Shown one piece after another: positions 44,422 through 53,735 of a DNA stretch of 64,000 nt. The number at the start of each line of letters is the position of its first letter. Position 1 is the first letter of the stretch. The notes beneath the pieces were generated by a model that saw only the letters and a program-made list of their open reading frames with translations, did no database searches and was not told the DNA's origin. The translations under genes and the position numbers were made by a program. The stretch is taken from the IMG/VR virus record IMGVR_UViG_3300032116_000170; one strand, given 5' to 3'. This DNA is from an uncultured virus (IMG/VR IMGVR_UViG_3300032116_000170). Lineage: Duplodnaviria; Heunggongvirae; Uroviricota; Caudoviricetes.

Positions 44422-45990
44422 TCAAATTTTATTTTCAACTCCTTCCGCAAAAGTTTCTCGGTACAGTTCCATCAGGTTGAACTGCGCTTCTTCCTTGGAC
44501 TCCAGTGCCCGGTACAGCTTGGACTCCACTGGACTTCCTTGGAGCTTGACGACCAGACATTTGTTCCTCTGTCCGGCGCGGTGAACACGGGCGTTGGCCT
44601 GTGCGTAGGTTTCGTAGGAAGTGATGGGTGCCCACCACACCACGGTATTGGCAGCGTGCAGGGTGACGCCGTGTGACGCCGCTTGCGGCTGGATCACCAG
44701 CACCCGTGGGTCGTCAGTTTCCTGAAAGCGTTTGAATATATCTGTGCGCCGCCCTGCGGACACACCGCCGTGGATCACCTCCACAGTGATGCCATCCTTA
44801 CGAAGCTCTTCGTACAGAATCTCAATCGTGTGGCGGAACGGCACGAACACCAGCACCTTGTGGCTGGACTCCTCGATCACTTCCTTGAGCACGCTCATGC
44901 GGTTGGCGGAGTCAAACGACACCACCTCGCCAGTATCGGAATAGACTGCTCCACACGCAATTTGCAGCAGCTTGTTGAGCTTGGCCGCAGCGTTGACCGC
45001 AGTGACTTCTTCCCCGGCAGCTTGCATGGCCATGACCTTGCGCAGCTTCTCGTAGTACTTGATCTGCTGCGTGGTCAGGGGCACCTCACGCTCGGTGTAC
45101 AGCAGGTCGGGCAGGTCAAGGCATTGGTCCTTGGTAAACCGGATGGCGGGCTGCAGCAGCGAGCTGACCACTTGCTGGGCTTCCTTCTTCGGGGTCCATT
45201 TGAACTGCGTGATCTTGGTCATCACCTGATCCCGGTACAGCGTGAAGCTGCGTGGTGCGGCTGATGGGTTGAGCAGTTTGGCCAGACCGTAGGCATCCAG
45301 AGGGGATTGCGAAGCGGGGGTGCCTGTCAGCATCCACAGCCACGTGCTGGGCTTGATGATCTTGTTGAGCGACTTCCACCGTGCGGTGGATGCGGTCTTG
45401 TATGCGTTGCATTCGTCGATGACGATCAGGTCAAAGTTGGCAGCGGCAATCTGCTCTTCCACAATGTTCACGCCGTCGAAGTTGATGATCACGAACTCAG
45501 CATCTGACTCGATGACCTTGATGCGCTTTTCCTTGCTGCCGTAGGCCACGCCCACCTTGCGGTGCATCGCGGCTTTGAAGATGTCAGCTTGCCATGCGGA
45601 CTGCATGATGGACAGGGGGCAGATGACCAGCACCCGTTTGATTTGCTTGATGTCCATCAAGTAATCTGCGGCCCATGTGACAGACATGGTCTTGCCAGTG
45701 CCGGGATCGTTGAAGCAAAACGCCCTGCGGTGCAGGGTCAAGAAGGCAGAGGTCTGCTTCTGATGCACGAACGGGTCGTATATACCGGGCCAGCCGTATT
45801 TGGCAACGATGGGGGATGGTACGTTTTTGATTTTCAGGTTCTTCAAAACCTGCGCTTCTTCCAGCCCCCAGTGAACCATCACTGTACTGAGCGGGCCGTC
45901 TTCAATCAATGCGCTTTTGGGGATAACGCTCAAGACCTTGTGCGGGTTCTTGAGGCGTAGCTTCAGGGCCTTGCCTTGAATGATTTCCAT
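44422..45990 (-). CDS. SNF2-family helicase
   Basis: PGTGKT, DECN, LTGTP, QANARVHRAGQ; start MEIIQ with GGAG RBS. Confidence 0.9.
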   Translation of the reverse strand: MEIIQGKALKLRLKNPHKVLSVIPKSALIEDGPLSTVMVHWGLEEAQVLKNLKIKNVPSPIVAKYGWPGIYDPFVHQKQTSAFLTLHRRAFCFNDPGTGKTMSVTWAADYLMDIKQIKRVLVICPLSIMQSAWQADIFKAAMHRKVGVAYGSKEKRIKVIESDAEFVIINFDGVNIVEEQIAAANFDLIVIDECNAYKTASTARWKSLNKIIKPSTWLWMLTGTPASQSPLDAYGLAKLLNPSAAPRSFTLYRDQVMTKITQFKWTPKKEAQQVVSSLLQPAIRFTKDQCLDLPDLLYTEREVPLTTQQIKYYEKLRKVMAMQAAGEEVTAVNAAAKLNKLLQIACGAVYSDTGEVVSFDSANRMSVLKEVIEESSHKVLVFVPFRHTIEILYEELRKDGITVEVIHGGVSAGRRTDIFKRFQETDDPRVLVIQPQAASHGVTLHAANTVVWWAPITSYETYAQANARVHRAGQRNKCLVVKLQGSPVESKLYRALESKEEAQFNLMELYRETFAEGVENKI

Positions 45991-46004
45991 GTGTTCTCCA
46001 ATGC

Positions 46005-46175
46005 AGAATATCCCGAAAGTGGAATCCACGTTCGGGTCTGGGGCTGGCACCTTACGGGTGCCATTCGGTTGAATCAACCCCCACGAAAGGACTGGGGTCT
46101 TCAACTGGTATGGTTTAAGGGTTCAAATCTTGAAACACCCCCGCAGCCCCACTCATACCTGACGAGCTGCGTATT
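46005..46175 (-). ncRNA. Candidate multi-hairpin, pseudoknotted leader of the SNF2 gene
   Basis: Five hairpins plus loop pairing GGUAUG/CAUACC. Confidence 0.5.
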
Positions 46176-46181
46176 CCAAGG

Positions 46182-46460
46182 CTACTTGGGTTTGTTCTTC
46201 TTTACGGTGTGGTCACTGTTGCGACTGAACGACCGGTTTGCTGAAGCTGTCTTGAGCTGCAGGTTGTTTTTACTGGTGCTGCCACCTTTAGATAGTGGGC
46301 GCTTATGGTCAATATCCTTGCCCTTGCGGTCAATACCTTCTCGGTCATACAGGTCACGTGCGTTTTCTCTTTTGCGTCTTGCATCTGCTTCACCCTCTCC
46401 TCGCGCCAGCTGCTGCTGGTATTCTTTTTTGTATGGTCTTGGTTTGTTCACGTATGGCAT
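46182..46460 (-). CDS. Small HNH endonuclease
   Basis: DIDHKRPLSKGG....NL......NR. Confidence 0.8.
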   Translation of the reverse strand: MPYVNKPRPYKKEYQQQLARGEGEADARRKRENARDLYDREGIDRKGKDIDHKRPLSKGGSTSKNNLQLKTASANRSFSRNSDHTVKKNKPK

Positions 46461-46461
46461 A

Positions 46462-47133
46462 TCACTTCCTTCCACAATGGGTGCACGATGTCACCCAGCA
46501 GTATTGTTTGCACAGGCCGTTGGGTTTTGCATTCCACACGCCTGAACTGTATGCACCTTCCAGCATGGTGATCGTGGGCATCCAGTTGCCCCAGTACCGA
46601 TGCTGTTGTTGCGCTTCATACACTGTAGGGACAAATTTACCCTCGGTCAAGAACAACAATCCACCCTTGACCACGGTGATCTTGGGGAAGATTTTGAACA
46701 CCGTCAGCGCCATGAGTTCGAGCTGGCCAAGGTCTGCATACTTCGATTTGCCCAGCTTGTAGTCCACGACTCGGGCTTCGCCCTTTTCCTCGTTGACAAT
46801 CAGCAAATCAGCCACCCCACGGAACCAGCATTCTTTGTCAAAGAAGTCGCACGGCTCCAAGGATTCGGTCAGGGCTACCTTGAACTCGCAGTACTTGTCA
46901 CCGGGAATCTTGATGAGGCTGTCCAGTGCAGGCTTAATGAACGCGAACTTCTCAGGGATTGCTGTGCCATCCCGCACGTAAAACTCCGCAGCGGAGTGGA
47001 CCTCTTTGCCGTACAGGGCGGCTTCACCTTCTGGCTCCTTGACGTCTTTGGCCACCTTGGCGTGGTAAAACTTCTTGGGGCAAGTCGTGAAGGTCTTCAG
47101 GCTGCTGAAGCTCCATGCTGGGATGGTGGGCAT
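46462..47133 (-). CDS. PD-(D/E)XK (RecB/Cas4-like) nuclease
   Basis: SFSSL..F..CP, G..VH, RGVAD, DYKLG, QL, C..C...C. Confidence 0.85.
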   Translation of the reverse strand: MPTIPAWSFSSLKTFTTCPKKFYHAKVAKDVKEPEGEAALYGKEVHSAAEFYVRDGTAIPEKFAFIKPALDSLIKIPGDKYCEFKVALTESLEPCDFFDKECWFRGVADLLIVNEEKGEARVVDYKLGKSKYADLGQLELMALTVFKIFPKITVVKGGLLFLTEGKFVPTVYEAQQQHRYWGNWMPTITMLEGAYSSGVWNAKPNGLCKQYCWVTSCTHCGRK

Positions 47134-47141
47134 TTGGTTCC

Positions 47142-49058
47142 TTAGCAATCACCGTAACTGTCGCCCATGCCGCTTTCGCAGTTGACAGGCAATCCTTCCG
47201 CCCACGCAGGAACCCATCGCATGCAGGTTTCCACGTAAGCCCGTGCTTCATCGGCTTCTTCCCGCCTCGCAACGATACCAATAGCATCATGCACGGTAAG
47301 GACAACCTTATACCGTTTGGCGATTTTCAGCATTTGTTCACCGATGATACACCTCGCCACGGCCTGTGTGAAGTTCTCAACGACCTTTCCACCATAAATT
47401 TTGTTGGGTCCGGTGCGGGTTGTATATACAAACTGCCGTTTGCCCTCGTTGTCGGCAACCTCGCGGATGCCGTTGTAGTAAATGTACAGGCCGTTGGGCA
47501 GGAGGATGCCCTTGTCGTCCACAGTGAGCAGGCCGTTGCGCCCCAGCTTCATGGTCTGGCCGCGCACCATGCACCTCAAGGCTTCTTGCGAGTCCCGCCA
47601 AAGCTGCGGGATGCTTGAATAGCGCGAACGATAGACCGAAATAATGCGTGCACACTCCTCGGTGGACAAGTCAGTACCAAACGTCTTGAGCTGAGCTTGA
47701 AACTTCGGACCACCCATACCGTACCCTGCGCCGAGAATCGTAGTCTTACCCACGAATCTCTCCTCTTTTGTAATCTCTTCTTCAGCCTTGCCGTATATAG
47801 CCGCTGCCATGATTTTGTAAACATCTTCGCCCCTTGCAAAGGATTCCACCAAGTCATCCTGTTCAGACTCCCACGCCAGCGTGCGGGCTTCGATCTGCGA
47901 AGAGTCTGCGTCGATGAACACGTAGCCCTCGGGGGCGAGGATCGCCTTCTTGAGCTTGCCTGCGTTGGGGCCACGGCTTGGCAGGTTCTGCAGGTTCACA
48001 GAGTCCGACCCACCCCAGCGCCCAGTGTGGGCAGCGTAATACTTGAGCGGCACAGGGAACACCCCGTTGCGCCTGCCGATGTTGATGAACCGTTGGGTGC
48101 GGGTTTCCTCCAGCGTGGATTTAGTACCCAGACGCGCAGCGCATAGCGCCTGTACACGCACGTCCTCATGCTGCGCTAGGGCTTTGAACGCCTCATCGCT
48201 CTTGGCAAACGCGTAGGTTTCCTTGCCCGTGGCCATGCTGATCTTCATCGGGATGGTCGGCACCACGCGCTTGCCTTCTTCATCGACCAGCGCTTCAAGG
48301 ATGGCCGCGAACTTGGGGTTACTCATCAACTCCGTGCGGATGCCCGCACGGGTTTCTTCATCCCCGAGGATTTGCTGCAGTGCCAAGTCCTTACGACCGA
48401 TCGCGCTCAGCGCATTGACCAGATGCCCTTGCTTTTGCGCAGCGGTGTCTTCAAGGTGCAGCTCCAACGCACGGTCATCCAGCCTGAGTACGGGTTCCAC
48501 GTACATCTTCAGCGTCAGGTCGATCAGCTTGAGTTCAATCGGTGGGAAGCCCGCAGCCATCATCTTGTGGAAAATGGTGTGCGTCAGCTCCACGTCGTTT
48601 TTGCAGTACTCGCCGTATTCGCGCAACTGGGAGGGAGAGAACTGGTGGCGTCGTTTGCCCTTGGCATCCAGAACTTCGGTTCCTTTGACGCCTGCACCGT
48701 ACCGCTCGGCCATCGCCTTGAGGGAACCCCCAGCTTCAACGCCATGCAGGGCGCGGCCCATCGACAGGGTGTCCAGCCAGCCTTTGGGTTTGACCCTGTA
48801 CTTCCACGACAGGATGGCCCCATCGAACATGGTGTTGTGCGCCAGCACAAACGCGTCGTCCCACGGCAGGGTGTTCAATACGTTTTGTATGTGATCCTGC
48901 GAACCCGCCCTCCAAACCGCAGGCTCATTGTCGATCTTGTACGCAAAGCCAATAGCTTCAAAGCGGTCGTCGTTCACATACTCTTCGGTGCTGAGCTTGG
49001 TAAGACTGTAGTCCGTGTCGTAGAAGGTTTCAAAGTCGATGGTGATCAGTTTAGCCAC
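47142..49058 (-). CDS. polA: DNA polymerase family A with 3'-5' exonuclease
   Basis: DFET, AHN..FD, TGRW, NLQNLP, DSSQIEAR, K..ILG.GYG, VHD. Confidence 0.93.
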   Translation of the reverse strand: MAKLITIDFETFYDTDYSLTKLSTEEYVNDDRFEAIGFAYKIDNEPAVWRAGSQDHIQNVLNTLPWDDAFVLAHNTMFDGAILSWKYRVKPKGWLDTLSMGRALHGVEAGGSLKAMAERYGAGVKGTEVLDAKGKRRHQFSPSQLREYGEYCKNDVELTHTIFHKMMAAGFPPIELKLIDLTLKMYVEPVLRLDDRALELHLEDTAAQKQGHLVNALSAIGRKDLALQQILGDEETRAGIRTELMSNPKFAAILEALVDEEGKRVVPTIPMKISMATGKETYAFAKSDEAFKALAQHEDVRVQALCAARLGTKSTLEETRTQRFINIGRRNGVFPVPLKYYAAHTGRWGGSDSVNLQNLPSRGPNAGKLKKAILAPEGYVFIDADSSQIEARTLAWESEQDDLVESFARGEDVYKIMAAAIYGKAEEEITKEERFVGKTTILGAGYGMGGPKFQAQLKTFGTDLSTEECARIISVYRSRYSSIPQLWRDSQEALRCMVRGQTMKLGRNGLLTVDDKGILLPNGLYIYYNGIREVADNEGKRQFVYTTRTGPNKIYGGKVVENFTQAVARCIIGEQMLKIAKRYKVVLTVHDAIGIVARREEADEARAYVETCMRWVPAWAEGLPVNCESGMGDSYGDC

Positions 49059-49578
49059 GCTTGAACCCCTGCATTCTGGCTTCGAGCGCATCTTCTATCT
49101 GCGACCGCAGTTGAGGGTTGGAGTTTACGGTGTTCATACCTGTGGCATTCCTATACGCTTCATCGAAGCTCGCGTTTAATTGCGCAGTAGCAGTTTGCAT
49201 AAGTACCGATTTGGAGATCACACCCCCACTCAGTGCAGTGCCCGTTGCAGTGCTGTATTGTGCGCCGGGCATAGTATCCTTCCATCCCGATTTCGGTTCT
49301 TGACCTGCCAGTATGCTTTTGAGCATGCTCTTGTACTCGCGGTCTCGGTAAATTTCGCGGTACTTTGCAAGCATCAGGTCAACTTCAAACTGATCGTACG
49401 CCCACATAACATTGCGGTCGGGTACAGAACTGTTTCCGGTGTAAGCCCCAGCGTAACGCTCCAACGCTTCGCACAGTGCGTTCCACCGCCCATAGTGTTC
49501 AAACTCTTCAGGGTTGCTGTCCATACGCTGCAGCACCAACTTTACAAAATCACATGGCTCTCGTGTCATGTTGTCCAT
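49051..49578 (-). CDS. Hypothetical protein
   Basis: Overlap-coupled ORF; RMDSNPEEF. Confidence 0.65.
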   Translation of the reverse strand: MDNMTREPCDFVKLVLQRMDSNPEEFEHYGRWNALCEALERYAGAYTGNSSVPDRNVMWAYDQFEVDLMLAKYREIYRDREYKSMLKSILAGQEPKSGWKDTMPGAQYSTATGTALSGGVISKSVLMQTATAQLNASFDEAYRNATGMNTVNSNPQLRSQIEDALEARMQGFKRG

Positions 49579-49862
49579 AGCAGTAGCCTTCCTTCCATTT
49601 CTTCCAAGTTGTCTTCACGGGCCACGAATGTGAACCCGCCCGAGTCTTTGATCAATTGCAGCTCACGCTCTTGCAGGGTAGTGGTCTTGCCCTTGCCAGC
49701 CTTGCATTCGATGGCGATGAACCGCCCGTTGTAGCAACCGATGATGTCGGGAATACCTGAGCGCCCAAGCCCCATGCCCGGAGGCATGAAGTGGTAGATG
49801 CCCAAGCGATCCAGCACCTTGCGAACCGCAGCTTTTACCGCCGCTTCTGGAGTTCTTGCCAT
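49566..49862 (-). CDS. VRR-NUC nuclease (resolvase-like)
   Basis: PE..VK, GIPD, IECK, LQ motifs. Confidence 0.85.
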   Translation of the reverse strand: MARTPEAAVKAAVRKVLDRLGIYHFMPPGMGLGRSGIPDIIGCYNGRFIAIECKAGKGKTTTLQERELQLIKDSGGFTFVAREDNLEEMEGRLLLWTT

Positions 49863-50311
49863 ACTTGTCCTTTAATAAATGTGTTGTGTTGTTTCCACCG
49901 CCAGTGCGCCAGCGCTTTGCTTATGCCCACATGCCGAGCACACTCCACAAGCGTGCCGGTAAACGTGCCGTCGGTGTAGAGCCGGGTGGTGCTCTTGTTT
50001 TTTTGCTGTTCGCTGCGCGTACTCCAGCAACAGTTGCCGGGGCTATAGCCCTTGTTGTTATTGCGTCGTTCAAGGGAGTGTTGGGGGCTTGGGCGCGGCC
50101 CAATATCGGCAATAAACGCGGCATAGTTGTGCCATCGTTTACAGACTTTAATACCCCGCGCGCCGTAGTAGTGGTACGCTTGGTTGCTCGGGTTGTTACA
50201 CCGCGCCATCATTGACCGCCATACATAGTGTTCAGGGCGTTCTTTGCCCCCAAGATAGCCGCCGTGTTTAGTTCTTGCGGCAGCCCATGCAGCTTTTTGT
50301 TCAGGCGACAT
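49835..50311 (-). CDS. HNH homing endonuclease
   Basis: W.SM.ARC, YYGARGIKVC.RW, SLER.NN..GY.P.NC.W. Confidence 0.85.
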   Translation of the reverse strand: MSPEQKAAWAAARTKHGGYLGGKERPEHYVWRSMMARCNNPSNQAYHYYGARGIKVCKRWHNYAAFIADIGPRPSPQHSLERRNNNKGYSPGNCCWSTRSEQQKNKSTTRLYTDGTFTGTLVECARHVGISKALAHWRWKQHNTFIKGQVWQELQKRR

Positions 50312-50351
50312 AAACTTCTCCGTTGTTCAGGAGTTATCACTTTACCATGTT

Positions 50352-50723
50352 TCAGGTGTTTGGGCCATTGCTCTCTCCTGCGGGTTCGTATGTCATTTCA
50401 AAGATGTCAGGCTTGCACGGGTAGTGCTCACCCTTCACGCCAGTGATGATCCAGTCGCCGGGACACACAATGTGATCGCCTTCCAGCGTGTCAATCCATC
50501 CGTGATGGTGCATGATGTCGCCGCAGTGTTTGCACCTCGTCATTCCAGCAACACCGGGGTCGCGGTAATAGCGCACCACCTTACCCTCTGAAAGAAAAGG
50601 CTCGAACTGGGTTGTAGAGTTTGGATCAGGATGCACCATCTCGCAGGCATCCAACGGATGATCGCCGTTCTCAAACCACTGCGAGGCCTCGATGACTACG
50701 GGCTTCTTTTTGAACTTAGCCAC
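50352..50723 (-). CDS. Conserved phage protein (KKPVVIEA...TLEG...GDWII...YPCKPDIF)
   Basis: GTG start with GGAGG RBS; recognisable family signature plus CxxC/His insert. Confidence 0.7.
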   Translation of the reverse strand: MAKFKKKPVVIEASQWFENGDHPLDACEMVHPDPNSTTQFEPFLSEGKVVRYYRDPGVAGMTRCKHCGDIMHHHGWIDTLEGDHIVCPGDWIITGVKGEHYPCKPDIFEMTYEPAGESNGPNT

Positions 50724-51066
50724 GCTGCACCTCCGCGAGTTTGACTGCGTAGTGGCGTGCCTTGCCTGCGTCATCGCTGCCGTCCTTGCGACCAGCACGC
50801 AGGCTGTACTTGATGATGTTGCCTTTGAGGAACCCTACGAACTCCTCGTGCGTCAGCACGGCTTCCATGATGTGCCAAGGCTGGATCGGCATGTCCTTGT
50901 AGTGGTTTCCGCTGACCTGCATGTCATCTGCTGAGGTGCCGTTGATGCCTTTGTTCAAGCGACTTGTCTTTATCATTTGCTGCAGCTCCTGCTCTTCTTC
51001 GGGGGTGAGGGTTGGTGGGAGGTCGGGGAACAGTTCCATCTGCGCGGAGTTTGGGATCGGTTTCAT
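50716..51066 (-). CDS. DUF3310 (SaV-like) protein
   Basis: QVSGNHY, IQPW, FLKGNIIKY..RAG.K, KA.HY. Confidence 0.8.
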   Translation of the reverse strand: MKPIPNSAQMELFPDLPPTLTPEEEQELQQMIKTSRLNKGINGTSADDMQVSGNHYKDMPIQPWHIMEAVLTHEEFVGFLKGNIIKYSLRAGRKDGSDDAGKARHYAVKLAEVQRG

Positions 51067-51067
51067 T

Positions 51068-51319
51068 TCAGTTTCTCCTTCGTTTGGTTTCAGGTGGGGG
51101 GCAATTTTCTGGTGGCACAACTACGCACCATATGGCGCTTGGTCTTCCTACGCCGCCAAACTTGGTCCAGCGGTCGATGTAGGCGTCAGGCATTGTGCAC
51201 AGCAGCTTGCGGATGTTGCCCGGCTCTCGGTCGAGGTTGTTGGCTATTGTGCCTACGTCCATGCCGTCAGGGTTATCGCGCAGTAGCTTGCGGACGGCGT
51301 GCGTTGCAAAAGTTCTCAT
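51068..51319 (-). CDS. Winged-HTH-like protein, paralogue of 51977-52279
   Basis: R.LLR..P.G, MPD.YIDRW, W..V..P..CP.P. Confidence 0.65.
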   Translation of the reverse strand: MRTFATHAVRKLLRDNPDGMDVGTIANNLDREPGNIRKLLCTMPDAYIDRWTKFGGVGRPSAIWCVVVPPENCPPPETKRRRN

Positions 51320-51504
51320 TACAGCTCGTACTTGTTGGGGGATGGTTTGATATGTGGTTGCGCTCTCAGGAAGATGCCGAACATCTTGTAATCAGTACTC
51401 ACTACCGCACCCTTGGCGCGGAAGACAGGGTCCTGCAAAAAGATGCTCGGTCTTGGATTGTGCCTCCAGTGGAAAGGCGATTCGGGGTGGCATTTACATT
51501 CCAT
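51319..51504 (-). CDS. Small hypothetical protein
   Basis: MECKCHPESPF; AAGGA RBS. Confidence 0.5.
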   Translation of the reverse strand: MECKCHPESPFHWRHNPRPSIFLQDPVFRAKGAVVSTDYKMFGIFLRAQPHIKPSPNKYEL

Positions 51505-51730
51505 TTTTTTCTTTCCTTTTCTGCACAAGATCGTGGAGCTTTTCTTCGAGCGGCGCATCCAGTCCGCCGCCCAGCCATGCGTCCCAAGTGCCCAAGCGGC
51601 GTTGGTTGATGGTCAGGTCGCCGTCGGGGCTGTCTTGAAGTAAGCGCCCCATCTCAGCGCAGCTTGCAGTGAAGCTCTTTGGTGCGTCTTGGTCGGGGCA
51701 GATCGTGAATGTATACGGCAGCTTAGCCAT
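51494..51730 (-). CDS. Small hypothetical protein
   Basis: GGAG RBS; overlap-coupled. Confidence 0.55.
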   Translation of the reverse strand: MAKLPYTFTICPDQDAPKSFTASCAEMGRLLQDSPDGDLTINQRRLGTWDAWLGGGLDAPLEEKLHDLVQKRKEKNGM

Positions 51731-51980
51731 GGTTCTTCTCCATCAAAGTTGTCATTGTGTCGATCACTACCGCGTATACGGCATCGCGTAGTTTTGAGTC
51801 AGTGATTGTCATGTTGCCGTCGATGATGGCGTCCATCTCTGCAAGGTCAAGCCCCACCCAAGGCTTGATGATTCTCCGCACATCTTCAGGTGTGGTTGTC
51901 CGGCAAGTTGCACTCACGGCCTCCATGCGTTGCTTGGCTTCACGCTCAATGCGGTTGAACTCGTCGTCTTCAGTGTTCAT
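51723..51980 (-). CDS. Small hypothetical protein (PWVGL, EKN blocks)
   Basis: AAGGAG RBS; shares blocks with neighbours. Confidence 0.55.
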   Translation of the reverse strand: MNTEDDEFNRIEREAKQRMEAVSATCRTTTPEDVRRIIKPWVGLDLAEMDAIIDGNMTITDSKLRDAVYAVVIDTMTTLMEKNHG

Positions 51981-52279
51981 ACTCTCGCTCCTTCGGTTAT
52001 GACCCACTGGGTCTTTGGTTTCTTGTAGTGTGCGCCCCACTTGGTGCGGTCTCTGGGGTGAGGGCAGTCGTCTGGCACCGGTACAGCAACCCACACCTTC
52101 TCGAACTGCCCACGCTTGCCCATGCGCCAGCGGTCCACATACACATCGGGCATGGCTCTCAGGGATGTCCTCACGTTGGAGGGGTGAATCCCCGTGATTT
52201 CCGCTATCTCGATGGGCGTCAGGCCGCTTGGCTTTGAGCGTAGTAGCGTACGGATTTTCTTTTGGCGTACAGGGGTCAT
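51977..52279 (-). CDS. Winged-HTH-like protein, paralogue of 51068-51319
   Basis: LTPIEIAEITG....VRTSL; MPDVYVDRW. Confidence 0.65.
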   Translation of the reverse strand: MTPVRQKKIRTLLRSKPSGLTPIEIAEITGIHPSNVRTSLRAMPDVYVDRWRMGKRGQFEKVWVAVPVPDDCPHPRDRTKWGAHYKKPKTQWVITEGARV

Positions 52280-52515
52280 GGGTACTCCTTGAGTGGTCGC
52301 TTGTTGGAACTGCTCATGTTGTCAAGGTTGTCGGGCTTTTCCTTGAAGTGATCGACTGCGATGCAGCCACGGGTGCGGCAGCCCTCATCCAAATCGGGCA
52401 GGTACTCGTCCAGCGCTTCGTACATCTTGTGCCTGAGCATGGATGGTGCCCCGTGGTACAGGACAGCCAAGTTGATCAGCGTATCCACCAGCGGTTTGGC
52501 TTGTTCGTATTTCAT
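52276..52515 (-). CDS. Small hypothetical protein
   Basis: ATGA-coupled at both ends. Confidence 0.55.
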   Translation of the reverse strand: MKYEQAKPLVDTLINLAVLYHGAPSMLRHKMYEALDEYLPDLDEGCRTRGCIAVDHFKEKPDNLDNMSSSNKRPLKEYP

Positions 52516-52667
52516 GCTTGCTTCCCCAAGACAATCTTCTCCAGCACGGACATCGAGCGCTGAATATCATCGACCAAGTAGTCGGGCAGTCTGCTTTGTT
52601 GGCTGAATGCCCACGACTCCAGCGCGGACAGCAGTTTGATTGCTGCGAGGGCTTCTTCTTTGGTCAT
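52512..52667 (-). CDS. Small hypothetical protein
   Basis: MTKEEAL start, GGAG RBS. Confidence 0.55.
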   Translation of the reverse strand: MTKEEALAAIKLLSALESWAFSQQSRLPDYLVDDIQRSMSVLEKIVLGKQA

Positions 52668-52742
52668 ATAAATCTCCACGCACCACAGCGGGTGCAACGG
52701 TATGCGGGTCGGTCTTGGTTGTCGCCGGGTTCCCAGCGGTGT

Positions 52743-52913
52743 TTACAGGTCATCTTCGTCATCCTCCATGTGTTCTTGCAACAGTTGCAGCTTGGCGAGG
52801 TCAAGGCATCCGAGGGCGGTGGGCAGCACCATCGCTTCGTCGTACCTGTGAACCACCTCCAGCAGCTCGTCCACTAGCTTCTGCGCCAGCGATCCTTGGT
52901 AGTCGTAGGTCAT
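52743..52913 (-). CDS. Small acidic protein
   Basis: AGGGG RBS, ATGA coupling. Confidence 0.55.
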   Translation of the reverse strand: MTYDYQGSLAQKLVDELLEVVHRYDEAMVLPTALGCLDLAKLQLLQEHMEDDEDDL

Positions 52914-53041
52914 GTGTTCCCCTTTTTTGGTATACATTTGCCCGGCTCGCTGATGCACAAGTAATAGTCAATCGCACCCAATGCGCCGAGGACCGTGGCG
53001 ATGATGTGTGCCGCGCCAAACCAAGCAAGAAATATCTTCAT
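52910..53041 (-). CDS. Small membrane peptide
   Basis: Hydrophobic MKIFLAWFGAAHIIATVLGALG; ATGA coupling. Confidence 0.5.
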   Translation of the reverse strand: MKIFLAWFGAAHIIATVLGALGAIDYYLCISEPGKCIPKKGNT

Positions 53042-53361
53042 ATGTTCCCCCTTGCTCGGATGGCAACTTGCAGGGCACAGAAATCCTGATGGGCCTTGAG
53101 TGTTGATGAGTAGTGAAGGTTGCTGTCGCAGTGGATCTTCCACCATTTACGTGCAAATTCTTCACACACCTTTGCACACGCCTCTCTTTCGGCAAGCACA
53201 GCCTTCTGCACCAAAATCTTGATGTTGTCGTCAATAGCCTCAAGAACCAGCTTGGCTGCGTCATCAGCAGGGATGTCAGGATTGGCCCATATGCCATCTT
53301 TAGACAAGCGCAAAACTTCTGTTGCTGGCGTTCCGCTGTGAAATTGAATGGTGTTGTTCAT
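53038..53361 (-). CDS. Mosaic-family protein (EREACAKVC, AIRARG)
   Basis: Shared blocks; coupled starts/stops. Confidence 0.6.
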   Translation of the reverse strand: MNNTIQFHSGTPATEVLRLSKDGIWANPDIPADDAAKLVLEAIDDNIKILVQKAVLAEREACAKVCEEFARKWWKIHCDSNLHYSSTLKAHQDFCALQVAIRARGNI

Positions 53362-53735
53362 TCGGTTCTTCCTTTCAACATCTCTGCTCTGCAATCGTTC
53401 CAGCCTGCTGCAAAAGCGGGATTCTCATCTTTTGGATTCAGAACATCTGGTATGACCACTGCTGTTGCTAAGTTCTTCTCAAATACCTTGGCTTCAACGA
53501 CTTGGGCAAATTCGTAATGGTCTAAGTTGTATGTAGGCCAATTGTTAAAAATCTCGTCAATTTCATCCTCAGTCAGCCCAACCAATTGCCGCTTTGCGCA
53601 CGCCTCACGCTCATCAGCACGGACAAGAGCGGCGAAGCGGCGAAGCGATCCGTTTTCTCCATCAAAGCCTACAAAGCCAGCCTCACGGGCCATGCGGGAA
53701 ATGTCTTCACGGGTCATGTCTATCGTGTCTCTCAT
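53358..53735 (-). CDS. Mosaic-family protein (RDTIDM, ALVRADEREACAK, VGLT, EKN)
   Basis: Shared blocks. Confidence 0.6.
   Translation of the reverse strand: MRDTIDMTREDISRMAREAGFVGFDGENGSLRRFAALVRADEREACAKRQLVGLTEDEIDEIFNNWPTYNLDHYEFAQVVEAKVFEKNLATAVVIPDVLNPKDENPAFAAGWNDCRAEMLKGRTE

Noticed and set aside
46130..46170. Hammerhead ribozyme core (CTGACGA at 46159-65, GAAA at 46132)
   Set aside because: Required stem II between CUGANGA and GAAA cannot form; the element is on the non-transcribed orientation
46462..47133. Cas4 as evidence of a CRISPR system
   Set aside because: Stand-alone PD-(D/E)XK nuclease in the replication module, normal for phages
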